A DNA stretch of 32,000 nucleotides from Wallemia ichthyophaga EXF-994 (Eukaryota; Fungi; Basidiomycota), in assembly GCF_000400465.1 (NCBI RefSeq), contig NW_008806292.1, positions 176,444 through 208,443 on the forward strand, given 5' to 3'. The notes beneath the pieces are model-generated. The model saw nothing but the letters and a program-made list of their open reading frames with translations, did no database searches and was not told where the DNA came from. Position numbers and translations under genes: made by a program. Shown piece by piece: positions 12,570-22,669 of this stretch (positions are counted from its first letter, which is position 1; each line of letters opens with the position of its first letter).

Positions 12570-15500
12570 TCACTCATAACTCGTCGAATCTGAGCTAGCA
12601 CTATATCCCGAAACACTTCCACCGCGTTTTTTACTATCTGCATAGCTAGTCGGGCTGAATACCTTGCTTAATCCCGCTCCAAAGTTAGTAGCTGATCTTG
12701 GCTGTGAAGGTCTTTTGCCCATACCCATACCCGCACTCATGCTGCCAGCCATGCTAGCCATATTCGCCGGCATAGAGCTCTGTGATCTGGAGAGAACGGG
12801 TGCAGGGAATGCCGCCATTCCTAATCCTTTCTCACGACTTTTTTTGCCTGTAGATTTGGAGGACTTGGCTGACTTGGGTGAGCGAGGTGCTGTGCTATTC
12901 AAACTCTTCCAGCTATTTAAGCTATTTAAGCTATTTGAACCGTTCACCTCATTTCCAATTACTCCACCACTACCACTCCCACTTGCCATGTTCAGTGCTG
13001 CGCTGTTGGGCGATGGCGCTAGTGGTCTGTACTGCGACACGTGCAGCTGCACTGTCAACTCCGACACGAGATCCATAATCATCTGCATCCTCCTGCGTGT
13101 CTTGAGCGGCAGACGTCTCATTTCGCCGAGACCCTTAACGAGAGATGCCATCCAAATCACCATCTAGACAAAGACAAGAATAAAATAGAGTTAGTTAGCG
13201 TGACCAATGACTAGCCAAAAAATAAACTCCCGCTCACCTTATTAAACGCCGAGGCATGCTCAAACAGCACCTTCACACATGCCGCATCAGCGGCGCGCAA
13301 TCCGCCAACTCCATAGGCGTTCCTCGCACTCTTCACCACCTCTAAATCCTGGGCTAGTTTAGCAGTGAGCAGTTTGGCCTCGTTGGATTTATCGCGCAGC
13401 TCGACCATGATTGGATCTGAGGTGTGAGAGGGGGTGTTTGCCTTAAGCGTGGCTCGAGTGTTCGTATTCGTATTTGTATTGGCATTTTTATGAACGCTAT
13501 CCCCGCCATCATCGTATGTGCTCGTGCTAGCGACATCCTCGTCCAGTACAGGCCAAAACCGTCCGCCTACCTCTACACAACTACCTATCAACTCCACCAG
13601 CTCTCCCGCATCGTCGGGCGTGCTAGCGCGGGGTGTCCGTGGTGCCACTTTAAGTGTGTCAATTTGGTGCGGCTGGAGTTGTGCTGGGTGTGCGTGTGGG
13701 GATGGTGTGCGTAGTTGGGAATGTACATCATCACGTTCACGTTCACGAACATGACCATCCAACTGTGCTTGCTCATGCGCCGTCGTAGATCCAGGCTCGG
13801 GAGAACGACTAGTAGGTGTGCGCGGATTATCGAGATCGAGATAAGGCAAGCGATCGCTGGGTGTGTTTGGGGCACTTGGAGCGAGTGTGCTGCTCTGTGC
13901 ACTGTTATGTGAGTGGACATAGTCGAAATCAGCCTGTGTCAAAGAAACGCCTTGACGATAGACCTTCTTAGTGCTCTTGTCAATGCTACGAGTTTGGTGT
14001 GGTTGGTGGACTTGGTTGGGTTGTAGCGGTTGCAGTGGTTTTTGTGCTTGCTGGTGCTGTAGCTGGTTTTCATTCCTATCACCCCCACCACCCCTATCAC
14101 CGCCACTCACACTACTCAAACCACTCACACCCCCCACACAACCACTCATCACCCGCCACACATTGGCTATTTCTGACATACTCCCGTATAGAGTGAGGAC
14201 AACCATGCGGAGTACGACAGGATGAACGAACTGCGCATCGACTACGAATCTCCCGGCAACTCTCGCGCGTAACTCTGCAATGAGTGGTGAGAATGCCCTG
14301 CTGGCCATCTTGACAGCGTCGGTGAGATCTTCAATGGTGTTGCTGGAATGCGCAGAATGTACAGAATTCCCAGAGTGCACCTTCCCTCCCAGCACGCGGA
14401 AGAGCGGGTCAAGCCCTCCCGCCGCACTATTAAGCAGGGGTCCAACCACCACGGCAAAATCCGAGTGTGTGAGTGTAACGAGGTGCGAGATGGCAGAGTG
14501 AGTCTGTGAGAGCGCAAAGAGGAGACTGTTTGCGGCGTCAACTATTATGTCCGTGTTGGAGATGGAAAGTGGGGAGGGTGGAGTGGGCGTGTGTCTGTGT
14601 TTGTATGTGGTGCTGACTGTGGATGAATGCAATGCCTGTTTCTGTAGATGTTCAATGTTTCTCGATAGAGGAGTTGCCGGATAATGCTCCTGTTTATACT
14701 CTCGACTACAGTTATGCTCGGATGTCTCAGTTTCAGATACGGAGCTCGGGCCTGGAAAACCACTAAGACTGCTGGGAAGAGTGGGAATTGGGGGGAGATC
14801 GACACTCTCCTTCCTTTCTACGGCGAATGACAGACTTTCGTCTCTGTGGAGGGTAGCGTTGAGGGGCGTGGGGTCGGTGATGATCCTATTGCTGCCGTGA
14901 CGCATGTCGGGAAGACTTTTTTTCACTTTAAGCTCCTGATTTATGCTGCGCTTTGGGAAAATTGCGGAGGAGGATGCGTTTCTGCCGTGAGAAGCATGTG
15001 ATGACTTTGAAGCGTAGTCAGAGTTGTATACGTCGAGAGTGGGAGAGAAGTAGTGATTGTTGGGAGTGTCAGGAGTGGGTGGATTGAATGGAGAAGGAGT
15101 GTTTGAGGGTGTACTATCATGTGTGTCGTTTTGAGTGCCACTGTCTGGGTTATGTCTCAGCCAACGCCTGAGAGCAGCAACCCAGGCTTCCATTTCCAAG
15201 TCCAGCTTGTGTTTCTGAGGGTAGTCAGGGTGTGTGACTGAGGAAGCAGCGTGGTTGAAGCTGTCAAAAGCATCTGGTGGTGGCCACTCTATCGGATTTG
15301 AGTCTAGCTTGATGATACGGAGGTTATGGAAGTTGGAGAGGTAATCAGGGATCCTAGTGAGCCTGTTCTTAGAAATAGAGAAAACCTTCAAATTAGCAAG
15401 ACAGCCTGGATGTTTTGGCAGTTTCTTGATCTTATTTCGCCCAAGCTCGAGAATTTCGAGGTTTGGGAGGTGAGTGAGCTGTGTGTGGGGTGTGAGTAGG

Positions 15501-15836
15501 TTGATAAGCACAAGACATCAAACTCACGACTACTGGGAATGTACTTAGCATATTAGCGCGTAGATTCAGGTATCGCAGCTTCCCCAGCTGCAATATCTCA
15601 TTTGGGAGTCCAGCCAGTCTATTGTAGCTCAATGCGAGTCTACAAGTGTCTTGCTTTATGAGATTTATAACTTGCACGGGCAGCGTATCGATCCCAGCCT
15701 TGGATAAATCCCAAGTGTCGACAACGGTGCTTTGGCTAACCACCCGTTCAATAACGCCAATAATCTCAGTATTTGATAATTTTAATTGATTTTTCCCATT
15801 TTTATTCTTTTTATCTCCTTCCTTGGTCTCGCTCAT
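12570..15836 (-). CDS. SOG2: RAM/MOR network leucine-rich-repeat protein Sog2, 1047 aa; exons 15836-15528, 15478-13238, 13163-12570
   Basis: N-terminal LRRs (LALSYNRLAGLP, LNLRANMLSTFP, LELGRNKIKKLP, LKLDSNPIEWPP-like), then Sog2-type helical segments IVDAANSLLFALSQTHSAI and LRMVVLTLYGSMSEIANVW. Introns 15479-15527 and 13164-13237 keep frame (3144 nt total). Confidence 0.85.
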
Positions 15837-15860
15837 CGTCGTTGGTGTTGAAGCTGAGAG

Positions 15861-16686
15861 ATGAGTTTCTTTGAGAGATCTGCGTCTTCTCCGCTAGCCA
15901 ATCAGCTACTTGAGATAATAAATCGCAAACAATCTAATCTCTGCGTATCAGTCGACTTCACCCACTCGGACACTCTCCTCCAGCTCGTCGATGCTGTTGG
16001 TCCGCACGTCTGCATGATTAAAACGCATATTGACATCATCTGTGATTTTGATATCAATCTCGTGCACTCTCTCTCTTCTCTCTCCCGCAAACACGATTTT
16101 CTCATCTTTGAAGATAGGAAATTCGCCGATATCGGTGTGTCGACAGTGCTCAGCAGTCCATTCACTCATCCATCACCCAGGAAACACCGTCTCCTTGCAG
16201 TACTCCTCAGGCGCCCATAAAATTGCGTCTTGGTCACACCTCACAAACGCACACGCTCTTCCCGGTGACGGCATCGTTCATGGTCTTAAGAAGGTTGGCC
16301 TTCCACTCAACAGAGGTCTTCTCCTTCTCGCTCAGATGTCCTCCGCTGGCTCTCTCGCTGACTCCTCCTACACCCAAGCTACCCTCGACATGGCCAGGCG
16401 ACACAGCGACTTCGTTATCGGCTTTATCGCCCAGCAGAGACTCGGCACGCTCGACGAAGGTTTCCTCATCCTCACCCCAGGCGTCGGGTTGGATGTTAAG
16501 GGCGATGGAATGGGTCAGCAATATAGAACGCCCGATGAGGTCGTCGACGCTGGTACTGACGTCATTATTGTCGGTAGAGGTGTTACGGGGAATGAGCACT
16601 CTGTCGATTACATCAAATCCGCTGAGCAGGCTTTGAGGTATAAGAAAGCTGGCTGGGATGCTATTAGAAGGGTGCACCATGTGTAG
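15861..16686 (+). CDS. URA3: Orotidine-5'-phosphate decarboxylase, 259 aa; exons 15861-16134, 16181-16686
   Basis: NLCVSVD, IKTHIDI, signature [13 protein letters not shown] (joined across intron 16135-16180), [31 protein letters not shown]. Confidence 0.98.
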
Positions 16687-16735
16687 TTCTATGTCTATGA
16701 CTTATAAATTAGGTCAATAAGTTAAGTTGTTGCTT

Positions 16736-18097
16736 CTAAACACGCTTCTTCTTTGTCCTCCTTCCTTCAGCTTTGCGCTTTACTTTCATATCCTCCCCCG
16801 TGACTGTTTCCATGTCCCTGAGCACGTCATCCAGCTCACCTTCGCTGTCGCTTTCCTGGTCATCTCTGTCTGCTCTTTTCTTACCATCTTTGCTGTGTTT
16901 GCCTGATTTTGTTTCCCTAACGTGTTCTTTCTCCTTCACCTCCTGACCCTGCTCCTCCCCATCCCACACTATTGCCATAGGGGTAGACTTAACGAAAGCC
17001 GAGGCGAGTATGGCAGCCTTGGAGTGTGTTCCTGGCGTGACAGTCGAATGAACGCGTACGAACCCGTCAATCGCACCACTAAGTGATATGAGGGGATTAG
17101 AAGTGGTAGCGACACAGCCCACCGCCGCGCCGAGGCCCCTGTAAGCATTACGGAGGTGCATCGAGGCAGTATCTACGTTCATAAGAGCACAATTACTGTC
17201 CGCGACGAAAACATTCCCGTGAGCCCCTCTCGCCAGACATCTGATGGGGCTAGCAGTGAGCGTGTCTGTTGAGCGCAGCGGTCTATTTGAGTTGTTCGAC
17301 TTTGTGCCTACTTTTCCTTTTGTGCCTGTGTGCTCACCCTGCTCACTCTGCTCACGCCAGCTATATAGACGCACACTCCCACTCGCGCTGCCGGTGAGGA
17401 GAGTGTTATCGTCGAGCCACTCGAGGGCGGTGACATGCACGGGGGAGCGAAGGTTGAGGTTATCGTTAGGGACATTACGCGCGCGCCAGAGCTCTCCGTC
17501 GTGCAACGCCAGCTTCTCCTTGCGCCTTTCCAGTTTAGTCTTGCCTTGAGGGATGCGGGGTGCATAAGCAGTAGGGTGATCCTCGCTCATCTCACACACC
17601 CGCTGCACATCCCACACCGACGGCTCTTGCTCTACACCGCCCACCGCCATAAAGCGTCCAGAGGGGGAGGTGCGCATGCAAGTGAGGCGCGGAGGGAGGC
17701 TGAAGAAGCGGGGTGAGTGTGCAGGTGGGCTGGTGTAGCAGAGATGGCCGCTGCTCGTCACGCTCATATTCACTTGGGTGCCACCCGCGCTGCCCACGCC
17801 CACGCCTATGCTGCGCTCCGCGCTCCGGCTGTCCGTCCACTCGGCATCCAGTGCGAGCGCCTCACCATTGCCGGACAGCGTGTACTGCTGTAGGGCTCCG
17901 TCGGAACGTGCCGCCAGCAGCTTGCGCGTCGCTGGCGTGTACTGCAGCTGCGTAATCTTCCTTTGCGCTTCTACACCGTCGGATGTGAGCAGCGAAGCAG
18001 TAATTTCTGTGTCGCCTGTGTCGCCTGTGTCGCCTTCCGCTGCGTGCACTCGCACACTCTTCAGCAGCCCGTTGGAATCCCCCGTAATAAATCTCAT
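16736..18097 (-). CDS. NSA1: Pre-60S ribosome biogenesis WD40 protein Nsa1/WDR74, 453 aa, single exon
   Basis: Starts MRFITGDSNGLLKSV. Contains AVGGVEQEPSVWD, LWRARNVPNDNLNLRSPVH, YRGLGAAV and LSGAIDGFVRVH, plus a charged C-tail; these are Nsa1-family features. Confidence 0.9.
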   Translation of the reverse strand: MRFITGDSNGLLKSVRVHAAEGDTGDTGDTEITASLLTSDGVEAQRKITQLQYTPATRKLLAARSDGALQQYTLSGNGEALALDAEWTDSRSAERSIGVGVGSAGGTQVNMSVTSSGHLCYTSPPAHSPRFFSLPPRLTCMRTSPSGRFMAVGGVEQEPSVWDVQRVCEMSEDHPTAYAPRIPQGKTKLERRKEKLALHDGELWRARNVPNDNLNLRSPVHVTALEWLDDNTLLTGSASGSVRLYSWREQSEQGEHTGTKGKVGTKSNNSNRPLRSTDTLTASPIRCLARGAHGNVFVADSNCALMNVDTASMHLRNAYRGLGAAVGCVATTSNPLISLSGAIDGFVRVHSTVTPGTHSKAAILASAFVKSTPMAIVWDGEEQGQEVKEKEHVRETKSGKHSKDGKKRADRDDQESDSEGELDDVLRDMETVTGEDMKVKRKAEGRRTKKKRV

Positions 18098-18357
18098 CGA
18101 GGTGTTGGTGGGAGGAAGGAGAAGACGGTGGAGATGGACATGGAATTGGACATGGGAAATGGGAGATATAATTTGGCGGGCTGTCCAGGCAGCACAGCTC
18201 TCGGCTCACAGCATCTCCAAATAGCTTCTAACCGCTTGAAATGTCTGGAAATAGCGGCAAATGGCGGCAAATAGCAGCCAAATTATCAGCCACAATCACA
18301 TCCTACGGGATATTTATAAGGAATTCAGTGGCTTCTAATAGGGCAACCTGGATAGAA

Positions 18358-18636
18358 ATGCAGTTGAACACAGTACTCGTCTTTGTCGTTGCGGCCCGCG
18401 CCGTCAGCTTGAGAGCGGCAGTTCATTTGGACAGCAAACACACACACCATCGTACCCACTCATACTACGTGAAATACCTCGACAATCTCCGCAGCCAGGA
18501 GTATGATTGTGAATACGCTGCGCAGTAAGACGAAAATAGCGGCACTACAGACGTGGATTATGGCTACGACGAGGCAGATATGCTGCAGAGTGCACGCGAG
18601 TACAAGGCGGAAGCAGAGAAATTTGCGGAGAAATAG
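18358..18636 (+). CDS. Orphan small secreted protein locus; frame interrupted by in-frame TAA at 18526-18528 (56-aa ORF, or longer if spliced)
   Basis: ATG 18358 in AAATG context, a TATTTATA element at about 18311, and signal-peptide-like MQLNTVLVFVVAARAVSL. After the TAA the same frame continues 35 codons (DENSGTTDVDYGYDEADMLQSAREYKAEAEKFAEK) to TAG 18634-18636. Exon structure unresolved. Confidence 0.45.
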
Positions 18637-19147
18637 CTGTTAGTTGGAGTGTCTGGTGTTGTAAATGTTAAGATAGAAATACATGTACATTTAGCAGCAT
18701 TTCCAGCATCTCCGCACTCGATAACTCTACAAAATCACATTCAATTTCACATTCAATATATCGCTTAGTAGCCTGCAGATCACATCACACAATATCATCA
18801 GCGAAAAGGATCCACAGATTATGTGATGATGATATAATCCAACAGAGCCGACGACCGAGCCGAGGACACAGCCGGCTGCGTGAGAGATACTTGCGCGACA
18901 TGCACCGGGTTGTCAGCGCGTACGCCAGCGACATTAAGGCACGGGCGGTGCACAAGAAAGAGTCCGAGGAAGGGCGGGAGTGGACAAGGATGTATAATGA
19001 AGACACACGCATACACGTGCACGCCACGACAAAGATAAAGATAAAGTTTAATTTTCATCCGCGCCGTAGTGCTCCCACCCAGCACACCCATTAGCCAACG
19101 GACGACGCACGCCGCACAACGCACGCAATCGTTGCTCACCAGCCTCG

Positions 19148-20847
19148 ATGGCCAGTTTGAAGAATGGGAAAAAAGACGAGAAAGACGACACTGACACGCA
19201 TTTCATCGGTGCTGAGAGTGATCCATGGCAGCTATTCAGGTGAGTCTTGGTCTTCTCGCAGTGGCCGCAGTGGCAGTACATAAAATTCTAACAAGCCATC
19301 AGCAACGAAGCGGGGGACTATACGATGCTCAATGCGATAGGCTACGGTGCGAGTTCCGTTGTCCACGCCGCCAGATTCCACGGTAAGGGTGATCGCCCGC
19401 GAGCCATGTGTGCCGTGAAGGTGATAGATGTGGATAATTTCAACCGACACACGCTCGAGCTGTTGAGGAGGGAGCTGCAGCTGCTGTCGCTGTCCAAGCA
19501 CTCGCAGGTGCTCAGAGTGCGCGGTATGTGGATGGATGGTCCCCGCCTGCACATAGCCACGAGACTGATGAAGGCTGGCTCGGTGCAGTCGATCCTACGC
19601 GACGCTTACCCGCATGGCTTCGACGAGGTCGTCATCGCCACTATCCTCAAACAGGCCCTGCTCGGTCTGCAGTATCTCCACTCGAACGGCTTCGTCCACC
19701 GCGATTTCAAGGCGGGCAATCTCCTCGTCGACGAGGATGGCACCGTGCTCGTAGGCGATCTTGGCGTCGCTTCTAACTTGAATGAACACGATAATTCAAA
19801 CAAACCGCATCACGCCTCAAGCATCCCCTCGCAAGGCTATCTCGGCAGAAGACAGTCGTTTGTTGGCACGCCCTGCTGGATGGCCCCTGAGGTGGTCGAG
19901 AGGAAGCGTTACGATGCAAAAGCTGATATATGGTGAGCGTGGGGTGTTTTGAATGAAATGAACACAATCTAACACAGTACAATAACAATTCCAGGTCGTT
20001 CGGTATTACTGCTCTCGAAATGACTCTGGGGACTCCCCCGAAAGCGAAGCTGCCGCCAGTGACTATCCTGATGAAGACGATCCATGAGGCATCCCCGACG
20101 CTTGAACAGAACCAGCTGCACTCAAAGTCATACAGCTACTCGGGGGGAATGAAGAGAGTGGTAGACTGGTGTCTGCGCAAAGACCCCAACCAGCGACCGA
20201 CAGCGACGGAGCTACTGGCTAGTCCGTGGTTCAACAGCAAGGCGAAGAAACCAAACTACCTCGTCACCACCATTCTCAACGGCCTCGCACCGCTAACAGA
20301 GAGGATCGAGGCTAAGCAGAACAATTCACCGAATATGACGCGCTCAGACAGCTTCAAGTGGGATTTCACTACGATAATGCAGACGATTGGCGGAAGTAAC
20401 AGTGCTGACCGGCGGAGACAGCTGCTCAACTACTCGTATGGAGAACATCCTGTGGAAGATAGCGTTGAATTGGATTTCAAAGATGTCGTTTCAGCAGAGG
20501 CGGAGAAGGCGGAGAGGGCAGACAAGAAGCAGACAGCAGAGACGGAGACAGAGACAGAGACAGAGACGGAGACAGGAAGGGACAGTCCAGATTTTTCAAC
20601 CAGCTCGTCGTACAAAGATGGTAATGTGCCAGCGAGTGTGCCCAAGAGTGTGCCTACGAACATACCACAGAGCCATTCACTGAGCATATCGCAGTCGTTC
20701 CCCCGCGCGAACACTCATCACAATATACCACCAACCCCCCCACAAACATCCGACACCCTATCCAAATCGCTCGAGGCAAAGCACGACAAGAAGGGTACGA
20801 GTACGTTGAAGACGCGTTTCAATAAAGTGATGAATAAGATGAAATGA
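19148..20847 (+). CDS. STE20-family Ser/Thr kinase, OSR1/SPAK (Fray, GCK-VI)-like, 524 aa; exons 19148-19239, 19303-19932, 19995-20847
   Basis: IGYGASSVV, AVKVID, ELQLLSLSKH, VIATILKQALLGLQYLH, HRDFKAGNLL, DLG, SFVGTPCWMAPEV, YDAKADIWSFGITALE. The HRDxKAGN and GTPCWMAPEV pattern is typical of OSR1/SPAK. Exons total 1575 nt. Confidence 0.9.
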
Positions 20848-20906
20848 TTTAGTATTTTGTAAGCCCGCACGTTGAATAAATAATATTCTTTAACAGATAC
20901 CGCGAG

Positions 20907-22294
20907 ATGCTCAAGAACGTAATTCTCATCGTGCTCGCGACGGTGCTCCTGCCACAGCTAATAACATATTCATCTCAATTTTTCTCCATATTCGTCAAGC
21001 CCCAGCTGCCATATCTCTATGCGCGCTATGGGGGTGAGGATGTCAGTGGGGGATGTCAGATAGTGCGAGCGGTGGGACTGCAGCACTGCGAGGATGTAGC
21101 AACCATCAGGCAAGTACAAGACGAGCACACGGGGTATTCGCCGATGCTGGCAGGATGTGATGATAGATTCGCGTACAACACGGTGCTGGGGGTGTTTGAC
21201 GATATAGTCACACCCGGCACACTGCAACTGGTAGCCCCGTACAAGGACCTCGATGGGCGAGTGGATGTGACAGTGATGCCGATAACGATTGACGACGACG
21301 CCGATTTCGATTTGCACCCGCTAGGTATTGGCGTCAGTCCGGTGAACAGTGCGCGCGTCTTTGTCGTTAACCACGCCCTGGAAGAATCGCGCGTGGAGGT
21401 GCTTGACGTAGACTACGACCTTGCGCGCGCACACCGCGTGGCGAGCATCGCCCACCCTCTCATTAGTACGCCCAAGTGAGTGAGACAGCAGACGGCACGG
21501 TGCACTCACCACTCACGCACCTCAGCTCCATCGCAGCGATCGACGATACCTCGTTCTACGTCTCCAACGATCACCGCTTCGGGCTGCGAGGCAGGACTGT
21601 TGCGGGCAAGGTGGTCAATATGCTCGAAACATTCCTGCGCTTGCCGCTCGGAGAGGTGAATTTGGTGCGGTTCGCAGAGGGTGACGGTACAGTGGACGTG
21701 CAGCGTGCAGCTAAGCACATTGCATACGCGAATGGAGTTGTAGCGTTCGACGATAAGTTGGCAGTAGGGTCTACGACGACGAACCAGGTGCTGCTCTACA
21801 GACGTGACATACAGACCGACGCGCTCGAGTACCTCCGATCGATACACCTCCCGTGAGTAGACGAGCAGATGAGTAGAGGATGACGTCGGCGTCTTCTCAG
21901 TTACGCGCGCAACACCGGCTAACGTGCATGGTACTGCAGCTTCCATGTAGATAATCTCAGTTACGATAAGGAAGGTGGAGTGGTGCTGGCAAGTGGCCAT
22001 CCTCACTACCCGACGCTGGCAAGATATGTACGCAGCAAGGGAAAGACGGAGGATCCAATGAGCTGGGTAGTGGCTATAGAGGTCGACAAGGAACAGGAGG
22101 AAATGGAAGAAACACGCGGGGAAGGGGAAGTTGCGCAAAGGAGATTACTCAAAGGGAATAAGAAGGATTCAATACACTCGGTAATACAAAGTGATGGGCA
22201 ATTCGCCAGCTCGGTCACGACGCTAGAGAGGAATGGGGATGCATTAGTCGGTGGAGGGCTATACATGAATGGATTGCTAACGTGTAGAATATAA
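20907..22294 (+). CDS. Paraoxonase/arylesterase-like six-bladed beta-propeller with N-terminal signal anchor, 416 aa; exons 20907-21475, 21526-21852, 21940-22294
   Basis: PON-like motifs in order: HCED, HPLGIG, VFVVNH, PNSI, FYVSNDH, YANGV, VDNLS, GHP, and a terminal Cys (LLTCRI). Hydrophobic N-terminus. Exons total 1251 nt. Confidence 0.85.
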
Positions 22295-22669
22295 AATAAA
22301 AATAATTAAAAAAATAATTTACATGCCACAGTTGCCCGCGATTAAATTAAGATGAGATCATCGGTAGTAATTTTAAACCGCTCGCCAAATTAAGGTTGTG
22401 GAGAGGCGCAGAGAGGAGGAAGGGGAGACGGGGAAATAACAGAGTGAAATGGCTGAATTTAGAATAATGCCAAATACCATATCAAATACGATATCAATGA
22501 CCATGCATACCTTCCACCGGGCAAGGATGTTCGAATTAAAAATTGATGACAGCGATACGCCGGTACATTCCAGGCACAGAAAGTGAAATTGATAAAAGCT
22601 GGGAGCGGAATGTCTTCTTGAGAGTCGACAGCGAGAAAACACACAACACACAAACCACACAGACACGCA

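Noticed and set aside
12664-13167. 167-aa + strand ORF antisense to SOG2 exon 3
   Set aside because: It lies in the same codon register as a conserved gene, has no recognisable motif, and is a typical shadow ORF.
16234-18274. Numerous 80-150 aa overlapping ORFs across URA3 and NSA1
   Set aside because: Expected by chance in ~60% GC sequence where stops are rare; no motifs.
18823-18829. GTGATGA as a C box of a C/D snoRNA
   Set aside because: No CTGA D box or terminal stem within a plausible distance.
21853-21939. Alternative acceptor (TTCTCAG at 21900) in the 87-nt second intron of the paraoxonase-like gene, with an 11-nt direct repeat tctcagttacg also at about 21955
   Set aside because: No good branch point before 21900, whereas GCTAAC precedes the 21939 acceptor; use would give an immediate stop. 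Not supportable without RNA data.
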